From assembly GCA_938017675.1 (NCBI GenBank), contig CALIJB010000005.1, positions 114,140 to 178,139 on the forward strand: 64,000 bases of DNA, in the 5' to 3' direction. This stretch comes from an uncultured Candidatus Saccharibacteria bacterium (GTDB taxonomy: Bacteria; Patescibacteriota; Saccharimonadia; Saccharimonadales; Saccharimonadaceae). Of this stretch, positions 1 to 9,425 are shown in pieces. A program made the translations under genes and the position numbers. How positions within the stretch are numbered: the first letter of the stretch is position 1; each line of letters begins with the position of its first letter. Below the pieces are notes generated by a model. The model saw nothing but the letters and a program-made list of their open reading frames with translations, ran no database searches and was not told the origin of the DNA.

Positions 1-73
1 TACACAAAATTTTCGATAATAGATACAATAGTTGTAGTAATTTCATCAGTTCAAAACGAAAGGTGGATGAAGA

Positions 74-1111
74 GTGAAAAAACGAACAGCAATTGATCTT
101 TTTAGTGGGGCTGGTGGATTGACACAAGGCTTAAAGCAGGCTGGTTTTAATGTTATTGGTGCTATTGAAAGTGTGCCAACCTACGCCGAAAGTTATCAAA
201 TGAACCACCCAAGGGTTAATCTCAAGGTTAGTGATATTACAAAGGTGGATCCGATTAAATATATGGAAGAGCTCGGCTTAACGAGTGGAGAATTAGATTT
301 GCTAGCTGGCTGTCCGCCGTGTCAGGGCTACTCAACGATAGGTACTCGCAATAGAGGTCAAAGAAATGACCCGAGAAACGAGCTTATCTATGAGGTGTTT
401 CGTTTTGCGGCAGCGCTTCAGCCAAAGACTATCATGATGGAGAATGTACCAGCACTCAATAAGGATGTTCGATTAAAAAGACTAATTGAAGAGCTTGAAA
501 ATATTGGTTATCACGTCGACCATAAGGTATTAAAGATGTCTAACTATGGAGTCCCCCAGGGTCGTAGGCGTATGATTATGCTAGCTTCTCGACTTGATAA
601 TATAGAAGTTGTAAAGCAAGAAATTGACGAAGATAAAGTAGTAACTGTTCGTGACGCTATATCACTTCTGCCAATTGCTGGGTTGAGTAATGATCCACTG
701 CATGATGCCTTGAGTAATCCTACTGAAAAAGTGAAAAGACTTATTACTATGATTCCAAAAGACGGCGGTAGTCGTACCGATCTCAGTGAAGAATATCAAC
801 TTGAATGCCATAAACGAACGAATGGATTTAAGGATGTCTATGGTCGTATGGCGTGGGATAAGCCTGCACCGACTATTACGGGAGGATGTAATAACCCGTC
901 AAAGGGTCGATTTTTACATCCAGAGGAAGATCGTGTTATTACACTTCGAGAGGCAGCGCTTTTGCAGACATTCCCTGTTAATTATAAGTTTTCGTTCAGA
1001 TCGGGCAAAGCTGGTGTTGCTACGATGATTGGAAATGCTTTGCCGCCAGCATTTATTGAGTTTCATGCACGTAATATAATAGAGCATCTCAATACAACTT
1101 GTTTGTGCTAA
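74..1111 (+). CDS. DNA (cytosine-5)-methyltransferase
   Basis: C5-MTase motifs occur in canonical order: DLFSGAGG (I), GCPPCQGYS (IV, catalytic Cys), ENV (VI), QGRRR (VIII), GNALPP (X). The GTG start is preceded by AGGTGG. Confidence 0.9.
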   Translation: MKKRTAIDLFSGAGGLTQGLKQAGFNVIGAIESVPTYAESYQMNHPRVNLKVSDITKVDPIKYMEELGLTSGELDLLAGCPPCQGYSTIGTRNRGQRNDPRNELIYEVFRFAAALQPKTIMMENVPALNKDVRLKRLIEELENIGYHVDHKVLKMSNYGVPQGRRRMIMLASRLDNIEVVKQEIDEDKVVTVRDAISLLPIAGLSNDPLHDALSNPTEKVKRLITMIPKDGGSRTDLSEEYQLECHKRTNGFKDVYGRMAWDKPAPTITGGCNNPSKGRFLHPEEDRVITLREAALLQTFPVNYKFSFRSGKAGVATMIGNALPPAFIEFHARNIIEHLNTTCLC

Positions 1112-1159
1112 CTTTTTATACTATTTAGTGTTCAATAAATTATCTCTAGAATAATTAAA

Positions 1160-1624
1160 TCACGAGTCCCGTCGCAAAATATCCAGCACGCCAAACTTTC
1201 CAGTCAACACTGCTTGGTTGATGATGTGCAGCGTGAGGGTGGCGATGAGCTCTTTAGGCTTGGTGTCGCTTGGTAAATCCAGTGTTGTGTCCAGCGCGTA
1301 CACGTAAAATTGATAGCGGTGCGTGCCGAATGGCGGTTGCGGCCCGTTCCAGCCAGGACGGTCCCAACTGGTAACGCCTTCGACGGCGCCCATGGGTAGT
1401 GATTCGCTAGAAATTTCAGCGGTTTTGCCCGGCAAATTCCAAACCGTCCAATGATAGAATCCATCACGCCCAGGCGCGTCAGGGTCGTGGCAGACGATCG
1501 CCAGGCTTTTGGCGTCTGCCGGCACGTCGCTGATCTCGAGCGGCGGGCGTTGATTACCGCCGAGCTTGGAGTAAATTTTTGGTATTTTAGCGTTTTCGGC
1601 GAACGCAGGGCTAGATATCTTCAT
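1160..1624 (-). CDS. YbhB/YbcL-type PEBP family protein
   Basis: CHDPDAP and HRYQFYVYAL motifs are typical of bacterial phosphatidylethanolamine-binding-protein homologs. Size is about 150 aa. Confidence 0.8.
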   Translation of the reverse strand: MKISSPAFAENAKIPKIYSKLGGNQRPPLEISDVPADAKSLAIVCHDPDAPGRDGFYHWTVWNLPGKTAEISSESLPMGAVEGVTSWDRPGWNGPQPPFGTHRYQFYVYALDTTLDLPSDTKPKELIATLTLHIINQAVLTGKFGVLDILRRDS

Positions 1625-1812
1625 AATTTAATTTTATCATGCCAGTGTCGTCAGGTGTGAGACGCGGTAAAATACGAAACCTTAAACACAGTAACTTGCT
1701 GAAGCAAAACAGTTTTCGATCGGATTTTATCAATAGCTGGTTTACCGAACAACCTCTGGAGAGCTACTGGGCTGTATGCTAAAATAAACATGTGAGATAT
1801 GCTTTTGTTTTC

Positions 1813-1944
1813 GTGAGTATAGTGGCGATTTGGCTGGCTATGCTGCTGTTGGTAAATACGAGCATTGATCCCTTATTTTTGTATATTTGCGTGTTAGTTT
1901 TGACGCTGGTGTTGTACTTCATTGGGTTCCGGAGGGCTAGGTAA
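1813..1944 (+). CDS. Possible 43-aa two-helix membrane peptide (not in ORF track)
   Basis: A GTG-initiated ORF encodes VSIVAIWLAMLLLVNTSIDPLFLYICVLVLTLVLYFIGFRRAR. Its TAA stop directly abuts the GTG start of the kinase gene at 1945. Confidence 0.25.
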   Translation: MSIVAIWLAMLLLVNTSIDPLFLYICVLVLTLVLYFIGFRRAR

Positions 1945-3396
1945 GTGCGCTTATTATTTGTGGTTCGGGCATTGTTTCGGGTGTGGCGAGCTTGGCGCAG
2001 CGATCAAATATGGCTCAAAGTTTTGTCAGACGAGTGTCAAAAATTAGGCGGCGTGTATGTAAAATTCCTCCAGCATTTGGCGTCAACTGAACTGATGGCT
2101 CAGGTGTATGCCGCTTCTGGATATCGGCTGGATGCTTTTGATGATGTGGTGGTTGAGCCGATTGACGTTAGCGAGGTTTTGCAGCAAGAGTTGGGTAGCA
2201 AAGCCAGCCAAATAGTCGTTGATGGAGACCAGCCGTTTGCTACGGGTTCGTTCGCTCAGGTCTATCGTTGTCACATCGTTGACCGTCCAGGTAACCAGTA
2301 TATTCTCAAGATCCTTCGCCCCAGCGTGGTGCGTTATTTGAGTTTTGACTTTGTGGCGCTGCGTTTTTGCTGTTGGGCGGGGCAGTTTATGCTAAAGAAC
2401 GATATTTTTCCGTTGGTTGAGATTGCTGATGAGTTTATCAAAACCACCAAGCGCGAAACCGATTATCAGCGCGAGCAAATTACAGCTCAGGCGATTCGTG
2501 AATATTTTGCCAAGCGTACCGACAACGTTGTCGTGCCAGAGACGCTGGCTGATTATTCAACGCGGCGGATATTGGTTCAGGACTATATAGAGGGGTTGCC
2601 GCTAACCGAGGTGGTGGAACAGGCGCAAGCAGGAGGTGATACTTACCGGTTTGTCAAAGATCAACTTGGTTCTGACATGCAGCAGCAATTAGTGACGGTC
2701 GGCAGTGAGTTTTTAATCGCAATTTTACAAGCAGATATCATTATGGCCGATCCGCATCCAGGTAATATTTATTTGCTGAGAGACAACAAAGTTGCGCTGA
2801 TCGACTTTGGTTTGGCGGTGGCAGCGCCGCGGCATCGCGCCTCGTTTTATCATATGATTGTGCAGTATCGCGCGCTGTATGAAGATCGAGCTGACATGGG
2901 ATTGTTGGCACTGGCGATGCTGGCGTTTTATGATCATACCTTGTACCAAGCGCTGGATGTGATTGCCAAAGATCGCAGCTTGACTCGCACTATTTATGAA
3001 TATGCGAACACACTGCTTCAATCGACAACCAGCACGTTCGCTGCCAATCGGCAAATAACCCAATTATTTCTCAATGAAATTAACGCTGGCAATCGGTTTG
3101 CTGTCAGGTTAGACAGCGTTGATATCATGTTGCAGCGCGGTTTGTACCATTATTTAGCAGCAGCTAGGTTAGCGTGCGGCGATGAATATCGAAGGACGCA
3201 TTATTGGCGGATTGTCCATGACGCCCTGGAATTGGCCGAGGTTCATGCTAATATCTATGGAATCAGCGAGGCGGTGCGCTCGTCGCCGATGAGTATTGAG
3301 CTGGCGCAAGAAATAGTGATGGATTGGATGAGTAAGGTTGCGGAGCGCGACAGAGCCGCCTACGCCATGTTGTTACAAAAAGGAGAATTATCATGA
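1945..3396 (+). CDS. ABC1/UbiB/AarF-family atypical protein kinase
   Basis: GSFAQVY, ILKILRP, MADPHPGNIYL and LIDFG motifs match the ABC1 atypical kinase fold. Confidence 0.8.
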   Translation: MRLLFVVRALFRVWRAWRSDQIWLKVLSDECQKLGGVYVKFLQHLASTELMAQVYAASGYRLDAFDDVVVEPIDVSEVLQQELGSKASQIVVDGDQPFATGSFAQVYRCHIVDRPGNQYILKILRPSVVRYLSFDFVALRFCCWAGQFMLKNDIFPLVEIADEFIKTTKRETDYQREQITAQAIREYFAKRTDNVVVPETLADYSTRRILVQDYIEGLPLTEVVEQAQAGGDTYRFVKDQLGSDMQQQLVTVGSEFLIAILQADIIMADPHPGNIYLLRDNKVALIDFGLAVAAPRHRASFYHMIVQYRALYEDRADMGLLALAMLAFYDHTLYQALDVIAKDRSLTRTIYEYANTLLQSTTSTFAANRQITQLFLNEINAGNRFAVRLDSVDIMLQRGLYHYLAAARLACGDEYRRTHYWRIVHDALELAEVHANIYGISEAVRSSPMSIELAQEIVMDWMSKVAERDRAAYAMLLQKGELS

Positions 3397-3581
3397 AGCA
3401 ATTACAACAATGGGTGATGCAAGTTCGCTATCCGTATGCCGCGGGAATCATCGCCGTGATGTGGATTGGCACGGCGATTTTTGCTTACCTGAAACCCGAC
3501 GTTCCGCTTGAATTTTTGGTCGGAAGCCTTGCTGTCAGCACTATTATCATTGCGATCACTGGACTGTCGGAAGCCCGCTAA
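3393..3581 (+). CDS. Small two-helix membrane protein
   Basis: It shares an ATGA stop/start overlap with the kinase gene and has two hydrophobic helices. Confidence 0.5.
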   Translation: MKQLQQWVMQVRYPYAAGIIAVMWIGTAIFAYLKPDVPLEFLVGSLAVSTIIIAITGLSEAR

Positions 3582-3648
3582 ATTTTACAGTGAAATAAGC
3601 AATTTTTATACGCTTTACTAATGTACATCATTTACAATAAGAATCCGC

Positions 3649-4368
3649 ATGAAGCCTAAAACCACTGCTCAAAAAATACTAGAATTTTACGACAGTCTGA
3701 AAAATGTTGACATAGATTTACCGGAAAAATATCGTCTAATCAATCCGTTTACTAACGACGATCGGCAGCGAATAGCGCAAATAACGCATCGGTTTTATCG
3801 TCAGTACTATCATGATAATACGCGGCGATTTATGATTTTGGGCAGTTCGCCGGCACGGCGCGGGACAGCGCTTACTGGTGTGCCGTTCGAAGACGTTAAT
3901 CATTTACAAAAAGATACCAGAATTTCTCTAGATGCTTTTGGAGCGAATAAACGCTCGTCAAGCTTCTTGTATGAAATGATGGAAGAATACGGCGGGCGCC
4001 AGAATTTTTATAAACAATTTTACATGAGTTTTGTGTGTCCGCTAGGTATTGAAAAGATAAATTTGAAAGGTAATTGGGTAAATTGTAACTACTATGAAAA
4101 TGCAGCTCTGAAAAAATGTCTACATCCTTTTATTGTAGATTCGCTGAGGCGCCAGATCGATTTTAATATTGATACAACCGTTTGCTTTTGTATCGGCAGC
4201 GGTGAGAATTTTAAGTTTTTGACCAATATAAATAATGAGCATCATTTCTTTGATACTATCGTGTCGTTGGAGCATCCGCGGTTTATTATGCAGTATAATG
4301 CGGATCGTAAAGAAGAGTTTATCCAAAAGTATGTAAATATTTTCAGACAATATGGTATGGGGAAATGA
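3649..4368 (+). CDS. Uracil-DNA glycosylase superfamily protein (SMUG-like / DUF4918-like)
   Basis: ILGSSPARRGTALTGVPFED resembles UDG motif 1 and LEHPRFI resembles the HPS-type motif 2. The DNA is AT-richer than its neighbours. The assignment is from memory of the family. Confidence 0.5.
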   Translation: MKPKTTAQKILEFYDSLKNVDIDLPEKYRLINPFTNDDRQRIAQITHRFYRQYYHDNTRRFMILGSSPARRGTALTGVPFEDVNHLQKDTRISLDAFGANKRSSSFLYEMMEEYGGRQNFYKQFYMSFVCPLGIEKINLKGNWVNCNYYENAALKKCLHPFIVDSLRRQIDFNIDTTVCFCIGSGENFKFLTNINNEHHFFDTIVSLEHPRFIMQYNADRKEEFIQKYVNIFRQYGMGK

Positions 4369-4410
4369 TAGCGAACGACATTAATCCAATAATTGCGATA
4401 TAATTTAATA

Positions 4411-5031
4411 ATGATCACCGACCAACTCCTCGCCAAATATTCCATCATTTCCGAGCAAGTTGATGCCAAAGAGCTCGGCGTCTTGCTGCGGGAGCTGGAA
4501 AAGGTGCTGCGAAGCGGCGCGACTGGTAACGTTGTGGAATTTGGCTGTTATGTCGGCACGACTAGTTTGTTTATCCGACGGCTGCTGGACGCTTATGATT
4601 TTACTGGTGAATTTCATGTTTACGATTCGTTTATGGGCTTGCCGGAAAAAACCCAAGCCGACGCCAGCGCTGCGGGTGAGCAGTTCAAGGCGGGCGAGCT
4701 GCTCGCGCCGCGCAAGACCTTCGTCCAGAATTTCAAAAAGGCTGGCTTGAAACTGCCGATTATTCATAAAGGTTGGTTTGCTGATTTCACTCCTGAGGAC
4801 GTGCCGGAAAGTATCATCTTTGCGTTTTTTGACGGCGATTTTTATGAGTCAATTGCTGATTCATTCCGCGTGTGTAATGGTAAGTTTCATGAAAAGGCGA
4901 TCGTCATCGTTGATGACTATGCTAATGAAGCCTTGCCGGGTGCCGCGCGAGCGGTTGATAAGTGGCTGGCTAATAATCGGCAATACACTTCGAGAACCGA
5001 GTCTAGTCTGGTAATTATTCACATCCTTTAG
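4411..5031 (+). CDS. Class I SAM-dependent methyltransferase, TylF/MycF-like
   Basis: VEFGCYVGTTS (SAM site), FFDGDFYES and IVDDY motifs are present. The start is moved to the ATG at 4411, which lies 6 nt after TATAAT (4399..4404). The track start at 4393 is a TTG. Confidence 0.7.
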   Translation: MITDQLLAKYSIISEQVDAKELGVLLRELEKVLRSGATGNVVEFGCYVGTTSLFIRRLLDAYDFTGEFHVYDSFMGLPEKTQADASAAGEQFKAGELLAPRKTFVQNFKKAGLKLPIIHKGWFADFTPEDVPESIIFAFFDGDFYESIADSFRVCNGKFHEKAIVIVDDYANEALPGAARAVDKWLANNRQYTSRTESSLVIIHIL

Positions 5032-5077
5032 TACTGTTTTTCTTAAAATAGCTTGACTTTTTATAGTACCTTGTATA

Positions 5078-5091
5078 ACATAGTACTATGT
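5078..5091. promoter_or_regulatory. Perfect 14-bp palindrome ACATAGTACTATGT in the promoter region of the ABC-PadR-PspC operon (candidate PadR operator)
   Basis: The palindrome was read directly. It lies between TTGACT (5053..5058) and the GAGGAG RBS of the 5117 gene and overlaps candidate -10 hexamers. PadR operators are typically ATGT/ACAT-type inverted repeats. Confidence 0.5.
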
Positions 5092-5116
5092 ACAATAAAA
5101 CTACGAGGAGCAAGGC

Positions 5117-6418
5117 ATGAGAAGAATAGATATTATCAAGCGGGCGGGGCGCAATCTCCGCCAATCGAAAGGTCGGACGATTTTGACGGCGCTGGCGATT
5201 TCGGTCGGGGCGTTTACGATTGGGCTGGCGTTGATGGCTGGCGAAGGTGGTCGGCTGTATACCAACAGTATGGTCGATGCGGCTGGCGACAAAAAAGTGG
5301 TTATGGTTCGCAAAAAAATTGAATCGAACAATAAGGAAGAAAAATTACCAGAGTACGGCGCGTCGGAAAAAACAGAAAAAGAACAAGAGGAGAAGCAGGC
5401 AGCAGCTATGCGTAGTAAATATTCAATGAGCGATGCTGATCTGGCTAAATTGCTAAAGACTCCGCACGTACAAACGGTAACGCCGGCTTATTCAACTACT
5501 GGCGTGGCCTATGCGCAGAGTTCGGCAAACGGCAAAAAGTTTGCGTTGGATGTGGCGGTGAAAGCTGATAAAACGCGGGCAGAATTGGCGGCGGGTAAGC
5601 TGGATAATTTCATGCCAAAGCCGGGCGAAATTATCATCCCGGAGGCTTATGTCAAGCAACTGGGCTTCAAGGACGCGCAGTCGGCAATTGGTCAGACGAT
5701 TACGCTGGGTTTGCGTAGTGCGGAGCAAGGCGGCGAGGTTGCCAAGGAGCTGCCGCTGAAAATTACTGCGGTCGACAAAGAATCGGATACGATTTTGTAC
5801 TATCAGCCGACGCTGCGAATATCGACAGCTGACGCTAAGGAAATCTACGAATTTAGCCACGACAAAAGCCAGCCGAACGAGTATTCGACGGCGTTGGTGT
5901 CGGTTGATGATGAGAAAAATATCGATGCGGTGAAGGACGAAATTAGCAAAGACTACAGCGCCTATTCGATTCAGGATGTGCGCAAGACGCTGCTCACCAT
6001 GGTCAACGCGGCGCAAGCGGCGCTGGCGGGATTCGGCGGCTTGGCACTGCTGGCGAGCGTATTCGGTATTATCAATACCATGTATATTTCGGTGCTGGAG
6101 CGAACTAGCCAAATTGGCTTGATGAAAGCGCTCGGGATGCGCGGCCGCGATATCGGTAAGTTGTTTCGGTATGAGGCAGCATGGGTTGGTTTGCTGGGCG
6201 GCCTGATTGGCGTGGGCTTGGCGAGCTTGGTGACGCTGCTGAATCCAGTGATTGCCAGCGCGCTGAAGTTAAGCGCAGGGACGAATTTGCTGGTGATTAA
6301 TCCGCTGCACATTGGTTTGCTGGTGATTGGTCTGGTGGCGATGGCGGTAATTTCTGGCTGGCTGCCGAGCCGCAAAGCAACAAAATTAGACCCGATTGAG
6401 GCGTTAAGGACGGAATAG
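5117..6418 (+). CDS. ABC transporter permease, FtsX/MacB type
   Basis: It has an N-terminal TM helix, a large extracytoplasmic domain and a C-terminal FtsX-like 3-TM domain (VLERTSQIGLMKALGMRGRDI). A GAGGAG RBS precedes it. Confidence 0.85.
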   Translation: MRRIDIIKRAGRNLRQSKGRTILTALAISVGAFTIGLALMAGEGGRLYTNSMVDAAGDKKVVMVRKKIESNNKEEKLPEYGASEKTEKEQEEKQAAAMRSKYSMSDADLAKLLKTPHVQTVTPAYSTTGVAYAQSSANGKKFALDVAVKADKTRAELAAGKLDNFMPKPGEIIIPEAYVKQLGFKDAQSAIGQTITLGLRSAEQGGEVAKELPLKITAVDKESDTILYYQPTLRISTADAKEIYEFSHDKSQPNEYSTALVSVDDEKNIDAVKDEISKDYSAYSIQDVRKTLLTMVNAAQAALAGFGGLALLASVFGIINTMYISVLERTSQIGLMKALGMRGRDIGKLFRYEAAWVGLLGGLIGVGLASLVTLLNPVIASALKLSAGTNLLVINPLHIGLLVIGLVAMAVISGWLPSRKATKLDPIEALRTE

Positions 6419-6428
6419 GAGAAATATC

Positions 6429-7127
6429 ATGATTGAACTAAAAAATGTGACGAAGATTTACGGCAAAAAGAAAAATCAATTTACGGCGCTGAAAAACGTC
6501 AGCTTGAATATCCCGACGGGCGCGAGCGTGGCTATCCTCGGCAAATCCGGTTCTGGAAAATCGACGCTGATGCACGCGATTTCCGGGCTAGATCGGCCAC
6601 AGCATGGTCAGGTGATCATCGACGGGCAAGACATCTTGCAGCTGAAGCCGAAGCGTGTCGATGAGTTTCGCGCCAAGAAAATCGGCTTTATCTTTCAGAG
6701 CTTTTTTGTCCAAGGCAATGAGAGCGTGGTTGACAACGTCAGCTTGCCACTGGAAATCGCGCGGCTGCCGCGCAAAAAGCGGGCGCACAAAATCAATGCG
6801 GCGCTTAAAGCGGTGGATTTGTACGATAAGCGCAAAAATCGTGCCAAAGATTTGTCGGGCGGGCAAAAGCAGCGCTTGGCGATTGCTCGGGCGATTGTCG
6901 GCGATCCGCAAATCATCTTTGCCGACGAGCCGACCGGCAACCTGGACAGCGAAACTGGCGCTAAGGTGGAAGGATTGCTATTTGATTATAATAAGCAAAA
7001 GGGTGTCACGCTGATTGTAGTGACACACGACGTCGACCTGGCGAAGAAATGCGATTATCAGATCATAATTAAAGACGGGCGGGTTGAGAAATCGACCGTG
7101 CCAGAGGAGAAAAAGCATGGACGTTAG
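6429..7127 (+). CDS. ABC transporter ATP-binding protein (MacB/LolD-like)
   Basis: Walker [10 protein letters not shown], signature LSGGQKQR and Walker [13 protein letters not shown] are present. Confidence 0.95.
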   Translation: MIELKNVTKIYGKKKNQFTALKNVSLNIPTGASVAILGKSGSGKSTLMHAISGLDRPQHGQVIIDGQDILQLKPKRVDEFRAKKIGFIFQSFFVQGNESVVDNVSLPLEIARLPRKKRAHKINAALKAVDLYDKRKNRAKDLSGGQKQRLAIARAIVGDPQIIFADEPTGNLDSETGAKVEGLLFDYNKQKGVTLIVVTHDVDLAKKCDYQIIIKDGRVEKSTVPEEKKHGR

Positions 7128-7464
7128 TGCTTACGCTGAAAGCTTGGCAATTCAGCTGCGCAAAGGTTTTTTGGTCTACTGTGTGCTGCTGGTTTGTGCC
7201 AAACAACCGCAATATACCGGCGACATTGTCAAGCAATTGAGCGAGTCGGAGCTGATGGTGGTTGAAGGAACGATTTACCCGCTACTCAGCCGCTTGCAAA
7301 AATACGGCTATTTGCAGCATGAATGGCAGGAAAGCGAGCAAGGTCCGCCGCGCAAATATTATTCGCTAACTGACAATGGCAAGCAATTGGTGGATGAATT
7401 GAAAGATCGGATAAAACTGTTAAATAATTCGCTGAAAAATCTCGAGAAAGGAGCAAAGCGATGA
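7117..7464 (+). CDS. PadR family transcriptional regulator
   Basis: A winged-helix PadR pattern is present (EGTIYPLLSRLQKYGYL, RKYYSLTDNG). The start is placed at the ATG at 7117 after GAGGAG and overlaps the ABC ATPase stop. Confidence 0.85.
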   Translation: MDVSAYAESLAIQLRKGFLVYCVLLVCAKQPQYTGDIVKQLSESELMVVEGTIYPLLSRLQKYGYLQHEWQESEQGPPRKYYSLTDNGKQLVDELKDRIKLLNNSLKNLEKGAKR

Positions 7465-8759
7465 AAGAAATAACCAGAATCCATTTGGCGAAAACGCCGT
7501 TTAGCGCGGAGATTGATGCCAAAAAATCATTGGAGAAATATCTTAATTTAATTCAGAAAAACATGCATGCCGAGCCGGAAGCCATGCAAGAAATTGAAGC
7601 GCGAATGGTGGAACTTTTAGCGGAGCGCGGCGTGGCAAAAGACGGCGTAATCGGTAACGATGATGTTCTGGCAATTCAGAAACAGATGGGCGAGCCGCGC
7701 GATTTTTCGGACGGTAGCGACAATGCGGAGATTGATGCTGACGTAGATGACGAGGTATTGGGCAATTCGTCTAAGCAGCTAATGCGCGATACTGAACATG
7801 GTTTGATCGGCGGCGTGTGTGCTGGCGTAGCAGCTTATTTTGGCGTTAATCCGTTGTGGATACGCTTGATCGCTATCTTTTCGCCGTTTATAACGTTTGG
7901 CACGGCGGTACTGATTTACATCGTGATGTGGTTGTCGATTCCTGAAGCACGGACGGCTTCGGACAAGCTGCGGATGCGCGGCGAGCCGGTAACACTGGAC
8001 GCGCTCAAACGCTTGTCAGTTGACGATAGCACTGAAAAGCAGACAGCAAGCACCGCTGCCAAGATTTTCCGCTTTTTGCTGGGAATTATACTGGCGCTGA
8101 TAGCGTTTGGACTGCTGGTGGCGCTGCTGGTCGGCGGCGTGTTTGGCTTTGGTGCAGTGGCAGCGTTGAACGGATTTACCGCGCAAAGCTGGGCGTGGGG
8201 ATTGCTATGCTGCTTGGTTTTGGGCGGCGCAGTTTTGTTCACCTTGACGTTGCTGGCTACCTGGAGTGTCTTCACCTGGAAGCTGAAGCGTCCGGCGATT
8301 ATGGCAATGCTGGGTCTATTGATGGCTGGCGCGGTTTGTTTGTCGGGTGTGGCAATTTTCAGCGCTAATACTTATTCGAATCTAACTTACGATTACGAGA
8401 AAACTCTAAAAGTTAAAACTGTTGACGCCTCAGAAGTTGCTGCCGGCGCTAAAAGTATAGTAGTTGATGGCAACGGTGAATATGTTGCGATGGAATATGG
8501 CGGCTATGCCGAAAAGACTCGGTTGGAAGTAAAATATCACGACACGCAATATTCCAAAGTACCGGAAGTAAAATTGCGTCGCGACGGCGACAAACTCGTG
8601 GTTAATGTAAAAAGCCAGATAGACGAGACGTGCAGTCATCGCGGTTTCACGGAGTCTATGCGCTGCCGCTACATGTACGGCCCGGTTTCTGTCAGGGTTT
8701 ATGGCCCGGTGGATTTGCTGGCGCCCGGCCGCAACAATACGTTTGATTATAACGATTAA
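7461..8759 (+). CDS. PspC domain membrane protein with N-terminal helical (DUF1700/HAAS-like) and C-terminal beta-rich domain
   Basis: The PspC motif GGVCAGVAAYFGVNPLWIRLIAIF is followed by several TM helices. It shares an ATGA overlap with padR. Confidence 0.8.
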   Translation: MKEITRIHLAKTPFSAEIDAKKSLEKYLNLIQKNMHAEPEAMQEIEARMVELLAERGVAKDGVIGNDDVLAIQKQMGEPRDFSDGSDNAEIDADVDDEVLGNSSKQLMRDTEHGLIGGVCAGVAAYFGVNPLWIRLIAIFSPFITFGTAVLIYIVMWLSIPEARTASDKLRMRGEPVTLDALKRLSVDDSTEKQTASTAAKIFRFLLGIILALIAFGLLVALLVGGVFGFGAVAALNGFTAQSWAWGLLCCLVLGGAVLFTLTLLATWSVFTWKLKRPAIMAMLGLLMAGAVCLSGVAIFSANTYSNLTYDYEKTLKVKTVDASEVAAGAKSIVVDGNGEYVAMEYGGYAEKTRLEVKYHDTQYSKVPEVKLRRDGDKLVVNVKSQIDETCSHRGFTESMRCRYMYGPVSVRVYGPVDLLAPGRNNTFDYND

Positions 8760-8793
8760 AACTTTAAGCAACTTTTCATGACGCGTCGATACA

Positions 8794-9425
8794 GTGGCGC
8801 TCATGAAAGCAGCTACAATCACTCAACTCTTGGCGTCGGCGGCTCCGGCAGTCGACGACCAAATTTTGCGACCGCTCAATCCGCGGACATTGACGGTCGA
8901 TATCGTATTGCCAGTTCTTAACGAAGCTCATGTGCTTGAGCGGTCGGTTACCAAACTGCATATATATCTTGCCAGAAATCTGCCTTATAAATGGCGTATA
9001 ATTATTGCCGATAATGGCAGCACCGATGGCACAGCGGTAATTGCTCGCTGGCTAGCCGAGAGATATTCAGAGATCCGCTTGCTGCAATTGCCAGAAAAAG
9101 GCCGCGGCCGCGCTCTTAAGCAGGCCTGGACAAGTAGTAAGGCGGACCTAGCCTATATGGATAATTGATTTGTCGACGAATCTTGACAGTTTTAAACCGA
9201 TGATTACGTCGCTGATTACCGGCGATGCCGGACTATTGACCGGTTCGCGGTTAATGAAACAATCGCGAACGACGCGCGGCTTCAAGCGAGAGTTTATTTC
9301 GCGCTGCTACAATCGAATTATTTGCGCTACTATGAAGACTGGTTGATGTTGTTAAAACAGCAACAGATAATATTAAGGGTTTGTCGCGAGTACGCCAAGA
9401 TTATGGTCAGTCGAGTTTCGGCGAG
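8794..9425 (+). pseudogene. Decayed family-2 glycosyltransferase (polyprenol-phosphate sugar synthase-like)
   Basis: The N-terminal GT-A motifs are intact (DIVLPVLNEAHVLE, IIADNGSTDGT, LAYMD), then a TGA falls at 9166. The expected continuation IDLSTNLD...GSRLM...REFISRCYNRII is in the +1 frame from 9164 and stops at 9344. The downstream catalytic half is missing. Confidence 0.7.

Noticed and set aside
1625-1812. Long intergenic regions screened for structured RNAs such as SRP RNA, tmRNA, RNase P or riboswitches (also 54499..54627)
   Set aside because: I could not recognise any conserved core motifs of these RNAs. Covariance-model scans would be needed, so nothing is claimed.
5492-6112. 206-aa ORF antisense to the ABC permease gene
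   Set aside because: It is a shadow ORF within a confidently assigned FtsX-type permease, with Arg-rich low-information sequence.
9166-9168. UGA recoding (alternative genetic code) as an explanation for in-frame stops
   Set aside because: Reading through the TGA gives non-homologous sequence, whereas a +1 shift restores the family motif. TGA also terminates clearly complete genes here (for example aspS at 37517..37519 and dnaJ at 16807..16809), so the standard code fits.
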